From IMG/VR virus record IMGVR_UViG_3300016476_000810, positions 1-32,835 of that record: a DNA stretch of 32,835 nucleotides; one strand, given 5' to 3'. A program made the position numbers and the translations under genes. The notes beneath the pieces were generated by a model. That model was not told the origin of the DNA, searched no databases, and saw only the letters and a program-made list of their open reading frames with translations. Positions 26,180-32,835 of this stretch are shown one piece after another (the stretch's first letter is position 1; the number at the start of each line of letters is the position of its first letter). The DNA comes from a virus (lineage: Duplodnaviria; Caudoviricetes).

Positions 26180-27547
26180 TTACGGAGTACCGTCGTTGGT
26201 GGTAGCTGCCACGATCAGGATTGCATCACTGTTCTGCACCATCTCGAACATCTCCTTGCTGTACTTCACGACTGTACAGTCATCAACCGAATATGGGTCA
26301 ATGAGCATTTTTTCGATGTCCCCGTCATTGATTGCATAAGCAGCACCCAGGTTACCGAAGATAATCGGGGTCGAGTTCGCTGTCAGGTTTGGCAGAGTGT
26401 CATCAATGACAACAGGGAAACCCATGAGCATGAAACCATCGCCTTCGCGGTAAGAGTTCATGAATACAGGTTTGTTGTTCTCATCCCGGATCTTCTCCAG
26501 CATCCCCTTAACCTTGCGGTTCATGTGGAACTTAGCACCAGGCAACCACTGAGTCGGCAGCTTGTTAACCAGGTCGATGATGAAGTTAACACGCGCAACA
26601 TCATCAGCACCCAAGTCACCAGCAACACCGGTGCTCACAGCCGGATAGTAGTCAGCCGGTCGAGCATTGTCAGGGTCTGCTGCCAGAGTCGGGAGCCAGG
26701 ACTTACCAGTGCCATCGGTGATGTCTACGCGCTTGCTGGACAGGATACCACGGGCATTCTTACCAGTACCGTTACCGTAGAGCACCTGAGCGGCCAGGTA
26801 GATGGAGATTTCACGACCGAGCAGGCGAACCAGGTCACCATACAGGTCGATGTCAGCACCATACATGGCTTCATCGGTAATGCGCGGTTTTGCACTTACC
26901 TTGAACTCTTTGGATTTGACTTCTTTGTATTCCTGAGTGGTGGTCTGAGCAAAGTCAGTACCAGCAACGTTCTCAATACCTTCCGCAACAGACGGATAGG
27001 TGACCAGAACCAGCTCACGGAAGTTGCGGGTCATGGAGGGCTTACGACCAACCTGACCAAGCACCGGAGAGTATTCACGAGCATACTCAATCACGTCACG
27101 TGACAGCACTTCGGCAACAGCACGACCGCCTTCATCAGCGTTGGTGAGGTTCAAAGTCTTGAACCGCTCGGCACCTTGTTGTTCGATAAACTTGAAGAAC
27201 TCAGGTGCAGTGTTGTTGCGCTTACCTTTCAGCCATTCACCGATGACAGGTTTCAGGATAGCATCGTGCATTGCCTTTTTCTGGTCTTCGGTGACCACGG
27301 CAGCAGGTGCCTTGTACTTGGAGCGCAGATCGCTGATCTCGTTGGCTAGTTCTTCCAGGTCTTTAGCCATTTTCTTGGCTTCGTCCTGGTCACCACCTTC
27401 TTTCAACTTGTCGAACTCACCTTTCAACTGGGTGAATTTCTCTTCTTGCGCTTTGATCTGAACAGTCAGTTCAGCATTTTCCTTTTTCTGCGCTTCAAAA
27501 TTGGCGGTAGCCTTCTCGATAAGCGCTTTCAGTTCTTCCAAAGTCAT
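26180..27547 (-). CDS. Major capsid protein (HK97 family, with coiled-coil delta domain)
   Basis: N-terminal coiled coil; ADEGGRAVAE, LYGNGTG, IRDENNKPVF, LMGFPVVIDDTLP, IIFGNL; SD AAGGAG. Confidence 0.95.
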   Translation of the reverse strand: MTLEELKALIEKATANFEAQKKENAELTVQIKAQEEKFTQLKGEFDKLKEGGDQDEAKKMAKDLEELANEISDLRSKYKAPAAVVTEDQKKAMHDAILKPVIGEWLKGKRNNTAPEFFKFIEQQGAERFKTLNLTNADEGGRAVAEVLSRDVIEYAREYSPVLGQVGRKPSMTRNFRELVLVTYPSVAEGIENVAGTDFAQTTTQEYKEVKSKEFKVSAKPRITDEAMYGADIDLYGDLVRLLGREISIYLAAQVLYGNGTGKNARGILSSKRVDITDGTGKSWLPTLAADPDNARPADYYPAVSTGVAGDLGADDVARVNFIIDLVNKLPTQWLPGAKFHMNRKVKGMLEKIRDENNKPVFMNSYREGDGFMLMGFPVVIDDTLPNLTANSTPIIFGNLGAAYAINDGDIEKMLIDPYSVDDCTVVKYSKEMFEMVQNSDAILIVAATTNDGTP

Positions 27548-27576
27548 ATCTGACTCCTTATTGATAAAGTTTTAGG

Positions 27577-27621
27577 TGTCTACGCTTATCCAAGCGGTAT
27601 CAGTGTATCCACACGATGACA
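27577..27621 (-). promoter_or_regulatory. Predicted three-way-junction RNA in the capsid gene leader
   Basis: TGTC/GACA closing stem encloses GTGT-GGAT-ACAC and CGCTT-GGAT-AAGCG. Confidence 0.55.
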
Positions 27622-27626
27622 AAAGA

Positions 27627-28274
27627 TTACGTGAATAAAGTGCTACTTTCAAGCAAACCTTTTACTTCATCCAAATCAATTTCACCAGATGGTTTGTAGT
27701 CAGCCGTGATCCGCTCGATTTGACGTTTACTCAGACCAGCCGGAACACTCTCAAGTAACGCACGAAGTTCGGCTTTGGTTAAAACTTTACCTTCACCAAG
27801 TTTCGACTTGATTTCAACCAGTCTGGACTCTTCATTACAGGCAAATGTCACTGCACTGATTTCACGGATATCAACCTTGATCAGGTCGTTACACCCGAGC
27901 GAACTATTCCACTTCTCATCATTGACTCGATAACCAATGGAGAAACTATCAAGGGCATTGTCCTTATACAATTCATAAAGCTCATTGCCTTTCGGTGTAT
28001 TCGAGAACTTACCTTCCAGGTACAGACCCTTGCTGTCCTCTTCCATTGCGGTCCAGACACCAACGGGGGTGTCCCAAGGGTTGTGCATCCAGAAGAACTT
28101 CGGCATGGTGCCAGCCGCTTTGTGTGATGCAATGCTGTCGCGGTACGCACCATCGACAACACGGTCGAGGGCGTGGTCGATATTACCCTTGACATTACCA
28201 TAACAAGAAAAGGTTCGTTCACCACCGAGGGCCTTAAATTCAAGGACCCCGAGGTCGAGAGTTTTATTGCCCAT
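27627..28274 (-). CDS. HK97-family prohead protease (start revised to ATG 28274)
   Basis: FWMHNP..PVGVW...EDSKGLYLEG, FSIGY, REISAVTFACN; SD GAGG before ATG 28274. Confidence 0.93.
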   Translation of the reverse strand: MGNKTLDLGVLEFKALGGERTFSCYGNVKGNIDHALDRVVDGAYRDSIASHKAAGTMPKFFWMHNPWDTPVGVWTAMEEDSKGLYLEGKFSNTPKGNELYELYKDNALDSFSIGYRVNDEKWNSSLGCNDLIKVDIREISAVTFACNEESRLVEIKSKLGEGKVLTKAELRALLESVPAGLSKRQIERITADYKPSGEIDLDEVKGLLESSTLFT

Positions 28275-29511
28275 CAGGTTTATCCTCAGTGGGTTTCGGT
28301 TGATTATTAGCGCCATAGAGGCGTTCTTGCATTTCTTCTAGTTTATCCCAGCTAGAATAAACGACGTTGTTGTTATCGACACAATAGACATCACCGCCTT
28401 CAACAGGTTCTTCACCAAGAGCATTACGACCCTCGTTGATACTGTAGAGACCACCTTTAACACCTTTTTCGACATGCTCAACCAGCCGCCAGGGTGACCC
28501 TGCATAGAATGCATTGCGGTCAAACTCCACCTCATAACCAGGTGGCAGCAACGAGTTCAGTGCCTTCTCTACCTTAACAAGAATAGGGTTGAGGCTGCTA
28601 CGAAGATATTCTTCGTTTTCCTTTTCAATATCAAGTCCTGTTCCTGTACCGGTAACGCCAACACGATGCACAGGAACACGGAAGACACGGCAGATACGGT
28701 TTACTGTGAACTCCCGGTTCTTTAGCAACTCAGTCTCAGCAGGTGTCAACTTAAAGCTGTGGAATTTCAGGTCTTCCTCAAAGATAGGGATTGCAGAAGA
28801 ACCTTTAGGGCCACGAAGCGTTTTAATCTGCTCCTGTAATCTGACTATCTTGTTGTCATCTTTAAAACCGTTAGGTGTGCTCCCGTACATTCGGCTGGTG
28901 ATACCGTCTGTCTGGGTCTCCAATGCGGTTTCTTCTTGTGCATTAGCAATCCCGAGCAAACGGGCATTCTGAACCAGCGGTGATACAGGGGTGAACCCAT
29001 CAAGAGTGAATCCCTTGATGATAAACAGGTCTTCTAGGTTGTAGGCGTCACCTATAGTTCCGTCATTTTTGACATAGGTATAATAGACACGACCCTGAAC
29101 GTCCATGCTTGGTTGAATGTTACCTTGGAAACGGAATGGGACAATTGACATTGGAGCACCAAGGTCGTTTCGCTCAATGTAGGCGTAAAACGCACCATAC
29201 CGCTCAAGAGACACAACCAGGTTCTCCATGAAGGTCTGCATGGTCATGTAGTCACACGGCTTTTGTGTGAAAATCCGGTGAACTCGACCAGACTTAATCT
29301 CCTTACGACCCTTTTTTGATGTCTCATAGAGTTTTATCGGTAACTGACCGATAGTTTCTGATTTGTCACGCAAGGCAGCAAACACAGTCTCTATTTTCAG
29401 AGAAAGACTGATAGGTAGGTCACCGTTGATTTGTCTGACCACATCACTGATCGTCAGAGTGGCTGACTTACCCTCAGTTTTCTGATTTTTCCCCCATGGC
29501 CACCATTTCAT
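28264..29511 (-). CDS. HK97-family portal protein
   Basis: SETIGQLPIKLY, GFTLDGFTPVSP, ICRVFRVPVH, SINEGRNALGEEPVEGGD. Confidence 0.95.
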   Translation of the reverse strand: MKWWPWGKNQKTEGKSATLTISDVVRQINGDLPISLSLKIETVFAALRDKSETIGQLPIKLYETSKKGRKEIKSGRVHRIFTQKPCDYMTMQTFMENLVVSLERYGAFYAYIERNDLGAPMSIVPFRFQGNIQPSMDVQGRVYYTYVKNDGTIGDAYNLEDLFIIKGFTLDGFTPVSPLVQNARLLGIANAQEETALETQTDGITSRMYGSTPNGFKDDNKIVRLQEQIKTLRGPKGSSAIPIFEEDLKFHSFKLTPAETELLKNREFTVNRICRVFRVPVHRVGVTGTGTGLDIEKENEEYLRSSLNPILVKVEKALNSLLPPGYEVEFDRNAFYAGSPWRLVEHVEKGVKGGLYSINEGRNALGEEPVEGGDVYCVDNNNVVYSSWDKLEEMQERLYGANNQPKPTEDKPDGQ

Positions 29512-29516
29512 TTAGA

Positions 29517-30389
29517 TTACCCTTGTATTTTAGATGTCAACAGTTTATGTCGGATCGAGTCATTAAACAAGCGCCACTCAGTATAGCCGTCAAAGTGATT
29601 GTCGAACTCTGCTGGTTGGTACTCAGTAAGCAATTCTTTTTCAAGGTCAGCTATCCGGTCACCTGGACCTTCGATGAGTTCGATTCGCTTGAATGAGAAC
29701 GGTGTTTCTCTCGATAGTTGTGCGTGTCGTTGTTCAGGTTTGTTTGTGATACCAATTTTCATGTATCGACCACAGTCGGACCGGAGAATATAGAGGAATC
29801 CATTTTTGGTTCTGTCGAAACCGCACAACATACAACAGGGGCAGCCTCGTCCGTTCAGGTGGCTATTTGGTGTTTGCTGAAAATTCCCGTGCTCATGACA
29901 GATTATTGTCACTTTTGAGTGAGCGCCAGTATACTCAACCAGTAGGTAGTCATATCTATTCCCATGAATTTCTCTTGCTTTTTCTATAAACGACTCATTA
30001 GTACGTTTCTTTGTAGTACAAACAGGACAGTTTTGACCTGTTAGATGATTATGTGGTGTCTGCTCAAATACGTTATGCTCTTGACATATTATTATTACTT
30101 TTGAGTTGTTGCCATTATATTTAACAAGCGAATAGTCATACCTATTACCGTGAACTTCTCTGGCTTTTTTGATGAATGACTCGTTAGTGTGTTTTGTGTC
30201 TGCGCAATCATGGCAACCATGACCACTGATGTGGCTATTAGGTGACTGCTCAAACAAACCATGTTCACGGCAGTGAATCATGACTTTAATACGATTACCT
30301 AGATACACAGAAAAAGCATAACCATACTTGTCGCCATGAACGGCACGAGCACGGTCAATAAATTCTTGAGTGGTCAGTCTTGGAGGCAT
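29517..30389 (-). CDS. Free-standing GIY-YIG (T5orf172-type) homing endonuclease with three DUF723-like Zn repeats
   Basis: 3x FIxxARxxHGxxYxY...CxEHxxFxQxPxxH..G..CxxC; GFLYIL...MKIGITNKPEQR, LEKEL, GYTEW. Confidence 0.85.
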   Translation of the reverse strand: MPPRLTTQEFIDRARAVHGDKYGYAFSVYLGNRIKVMIHCREHGLFEQSPNSHISGHGCHDCADTKHTNESFIKKAREVHGNRYDYSLVKYNGNNSKVIIICQEHNVFEQTPHNHLTGQNCPVCTTKKRTNESFIEKAREIHGNRYDYLLVEYTGAHSKVTIICHEHGNFQQTPNSHLNGRGCPCCMLCGFDRTKNGFLYILRSDCGRYMKIGITNKPEQRHAQLSRETPFSFKRIELIEGPGDRIADLEKELLTEYQPAEFDNHFDGYTEWRLFNDSIRHKLLTSKIQG

Positions 30390-30422
30390 TATCTCATCTC
30401 TCAGTAGATGTCTCAGATGAAG

Positions 30423-30472
30423 TGCGGCAAGGTGGTCTGAGTTCCACCCTGTCCCCCGTCGGGTTAGCCGTA
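30423..30472 (-). ncRNA. c4-antisense-like (c4-2 type) structured RNA in the endonuclease leader
   Basis: CGGC...GCCG closing stem, CCC-GAC-GGG arm, AGGGTGG-AACTCAGA-CCACCTT arm; the loop complements TCTGAG/CTGAG/TGAG repeats before the ATG. Confidence 0.65.
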
Positions 30473-30478
30473 TGAGTG

Positions 30479-30507
30479 ATATTAAACTAACAAAATCAGA
30501 ATATCAA
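30479..30507 (-). promoter_or_regulatory. Sigma70-type promoter overlapping the terL 3' end
   Basis: TTGATA (30507-30502)-N17-TAATAT (30484-30479); predicted +1 near 30472, the start of the RNA structure. Confidence 0.7.
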
Positions 30508-32238
30508 AATATCTCTATCATTGTAGACGCTTTTCTCCACCTTACCGAGGGTTGCTGCACTCAATGCAATGATTGTTGCGATCAACGGGTCGATCTTATC
30601 GGTCTTACTGTTTTCACGATACACCATCAAGTTGTTTTGTCTTGTCATAGTTATTAGTGCGCAGGAGCACGCAAATTCAAATAGACCTGAGTCATACCTG
30701 AGTTGTTTCTCTTTTATCAAACCTTCCAATTTCTTGGCCGGTAGGCTCATGTTTCCTGTGCCTTGTGATACAGACAACATAGTGAATCCTGCTGCTTCCA
30801 TGTCACTTGCTATGTCGGCCATATGATATGGGTCATAGCAGAAGGCTTCGATCTCAAACATCAAACTCAACTCAGTCATGACTTTTTTGATATCATCGTC
30901 CCTCACTGTGGGGGTCATGACGAGACGAAGGTCACCGGAGTCAACAGCCTTGTGGTAAAGACTCTTCAGGTAGTCTCCAGCAGCGTCTACGGTCTTCTTA
31001 GGTAGCAGGTTGACCCAGAATACATCCACACCACCAACGTCGTCAGGAATCAATACAGAGAACGAGGTGAGGTCGTGAACCATTGCTCGGTCTATACCGA
31101 CCCAAGCCTTCCGACCACGGAATTTCTCGATATCAAGTCCTGGTTTCCGATTAGATTTTACCTCCACGATGTCGAGCCAAACATCCGAGCTATTGACGAA
31201 CATATTTAAATGCTTTGTTAAGAAGTTCGCTTTCTCGGCGACACTCATCTCGGCTTCTTTATACCGGTCCATGAGATACTTCATATTAGGTAGACCGTAT
31301 ATCAAACCAGGGTTGGATTTATACCAGACCTTACTATCAGACCAGTCGTCATCTTTGTCTATTTCATAAATAGCGTAGAAATAGTTATCCTGAGTGGTTG
31401 GGTCGTCAGGGTTAAGAACTCGCTCACCGTTTTTATATAATTCTACTGCCAGGCCATCCAGCACAAATCCAGCCGTAGTGATACCAATCAGAAGGTATTC
31501 AGGTTGAGCACCAAACGCTGAAATCATTACACCGTACAGGTTTCGGTCTTTGTAACTATGTAGCTCGTCAAGACTTACAGCTATAGGGTTGAGACCGTCC
31601 ATCTTATGTGAATCACTAGCAAGAGCTTTGAACTCACCACTCACATTTGGCATGAGTATTTCATTCGCTCTGACATCAAATATCGACCTCAACCTCGGTG
31701 ATAACTTGATCATCAGTGCTGCTGTTTTCCAGAGTAGTTTCGCCTGGTCACGCTTGGTTGCTACAGCGTATGCTCGCGGCTGATAGCCGGACTTGTACAT
31801 CAAGTAAAGCATGATACCTGCCGCCAATGTGGTCTTACCGCCTTTACGTGATATCAAAATGAAAGTCTGGTTGAATCTCCTGTTACCTTTTACTGTTAGC
31901 TCATTTCCATCTGCGTCAAAGGTATCTTTGTTCCACTTCCATGCAATGAGAGACACGACAACAAAGATTTGCCATGGGAGCAGGATAGTAGGACTACCTG
32001 CATTCTTACCGTCTGTAATTGGAATAAATTTGAACCAGAGAACGATGCTCGCAGCGGCCTGCTCATCAAAGTAGAAATCAGGATTCTCCAGGTCACGGAA
32101 ATGCCGGAGTGCTGCCCATTTCATTTTCTGACACGACGGGATATTACCCTTGATAATGTCATAAGCATACCGGTGGCACCAACGCCAATCTTGGTCGCCT
32201 TCTTTTAATCCAGGGAATGCGTACTGCTCGATGTTCAT
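30496..32238 (-). CDS. terL: Terminase large subunit (HK97-like, Terminase_1)
   Basis: LLPWQ.F, ISRKGGKTT Walker A, LDELH Walker B, ITTAG, W.KSNP, GID...DLTS, QG, KIDP. Confidence 0.96.
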   Translation of the reverse strand: MNIEQYAFPGLKEGDQDWRWCHRYAYDIIKGNIPSCQKMKWAALRHFRDLENPDFYFDEQAAASIVLWFKFIPITDGKNAGSPTILLPWQIFVVVSLIAWKWNKDTFDADGNELTVKGNRRFNQTFILISRKGGKTTLAAGIMLYLMYKSGYQPRAYAVATKRDQAKLLWKTAALMIKLSPRLRSIFDVRANEILMPNVSGEFKALASDSHKMDGLNPIAVSLDELHSYKDRNLYGVMISAFGAQPEYLLIGITTAGFVLDGLAVELYKNGERVLNPDDPTTQDNYFYAIYEIDKDDDWSDSKVWYKSNPGLIYGLPNMKYLMDRYKEAEMSVAEKANFLTKHLNMFVNSSDVWLDIVEVKSNRKPGLDIEKFRGRKAWVGIDRAMVHDLTSFSVLIPDDVGGVDVFWVNLLPKKTVDAAGDYLKSLYHKAVDSGDLRLVMTPTVRDDDIKKVMTELSLMFEIEAFCYDPYHMADIASDMEAAGFTMLSVSQGTGNMSLPAKKLEGLIKEKQLRYDSGLFEFACSCALITMTRQNNLMVYRENSKTDKIDPLIATIIALSAATLGKVEKSVYNDRDILIF

Positions 32239-32630
32239 TAAATCTCCCCAAATCCGTCATCAACAGTTTTCGGTGTCTCACCAGTGCCTCCGAACGTTTT
32301 ACCACGGGAGGCAGGTGTCATCTTGAACTCTGCGAACATTGCCTTTATCTGAGGTGCAAGTCTGAGCAGTAGGTCACCGGCTGGGTTCTTCTTGGTAATC
32401 ATGGCCCGGTCACCCTGCACCTCGTTGGCTGCACCGTTCTCCATCAAGTCTTGTGATAATTGGTCATACTGACATATCATGCAAGCCAATAAACCAAGTG
32501 CGTGTCGGTCTGCGTACTGGATCACCGTACCGTTTGCCGTGATGTCGTCATAGAGTGTCCGGTACTGCTCAATCTGCTCGATAGTTCTCACCGCTTTAGG
32601 GTGATTCTTCCTCACTGATTTCTCCAACAT
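32238..32630 (-). CDS. terS: Terminase small subunit (P27-like; start revised to ATG 32630)
   Basis: DRHALGLLA, KKNPA, EFKMTPASR; TAATG overlap with terL; SD AAGGA before ATG 32630. Confidence 0.88.
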   Translation of the reverse strand: MLEKSVRKNHPKAVRTIEQIEQYRTLYDDITANGTVIQYADRHALGLLACMICQYDQLSQDLMENGAANEVQGDRAMITKKNPAGDLLLRLAPQIKAMFAEFKMTPASRGKTFGGTGETPKTVDDGFGEI

Positions 32631-32693
32631 CTTTATTTTCCTTTTACCGATAAATTTGGTGAAAAGCATACACTTTATTTCCTGAATTACCAA

Positions 32694-32793
32694 TATTTTA
32701 CTTATTATCCGACGAATAATATCTCTTGGATAGCAACCAAGAAAAAGCACGACCGTTCGTTTTATTTTACTTAGTATCCCTTGGATAATAAGT
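32694..32793. repeat. Direct and inverted repeats upstream of terS
   Basis: TATTTTACTTATTATCC (32694-32710) versus TATTTTACTTAGTATCC (32763-32779), 16/17 identical; inverted GGATAATAAGT (32783-32793). Confidence 0.8.
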
Positions 32794-32835
32794 CGATGGG
32801 GAAACTCGTCCAGACCCAATTCACGTGAAAAAAAG

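Noticed and set aside
26156-27103. 315-aa + strand ORF antisense to the capsid gene (likewise 7041-7778, 11787-12647, 2919-3596)
   Set aside because: Shadow ORFs expected from codon bias of well-supported genes on the opposite strand; no recognisable motifs.
30423-30472. tRNA gene
   Set aside because: Too short, only two arms, and no T-loop (TTCRA) or D-loop consensus.
29517-30495. Self-splicing intron interrupting terL or portal
   Set aside because: terL ends with a normal C-terminus, portal starts intact 6 nt after the nuclease stop, and there is no room for a group I core.
32631-32819. 63-aa N-terminal extension of terS in the ORF track
   Set aside because: It runs through AT-rich repeat DNA; ATG 32630 has an SD and gives a typical P27-like size.

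Overview
About 33 kb of a tailed dsDNA phage genome (siphovirus with an HK97-type head; a Gram-negative, probably gammaproteobacterial host is inferred). No integrase or repressor is seen in the window. Left to right it holds the 3' end of a + strand gene (possibly a tail fibre or tailspike); a minus-strand block with lysis genes, a DNA methyltransferase and an SF2 helicase; a divergent + strand replication block (Pro/Ala-repeat protein, DUF2800/Cas4-like nuclease, DUF2815-type SSB, VRR-NUC, RepB-type primase fused to a D5/SF3 helicase, family B DNA polymerase); and a convergent minus-strand morphogenesis block running from small terminase to tail tip. Two free-standing homing-endonuclease-like genes with the same Zn-binding repeats but different nuclease domains sit in the head module, each with its own sigma70-like promoter and predicted RNA control element. 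One has a c4-antisense-like cloverleaf whose loop matches repeats in front of its start codon; the other has an SD-occluding hairpin split by the promoter. Other signals: a three-way-junction RNA with two GGAU loops before the capsid gene, a -1 frameshift in the tail chaperone, two probable gene relics in the lysis region, and repeats upstream of terS that may be packaging sites. All protein family calls come from motif recognition by eye; no database search was run.
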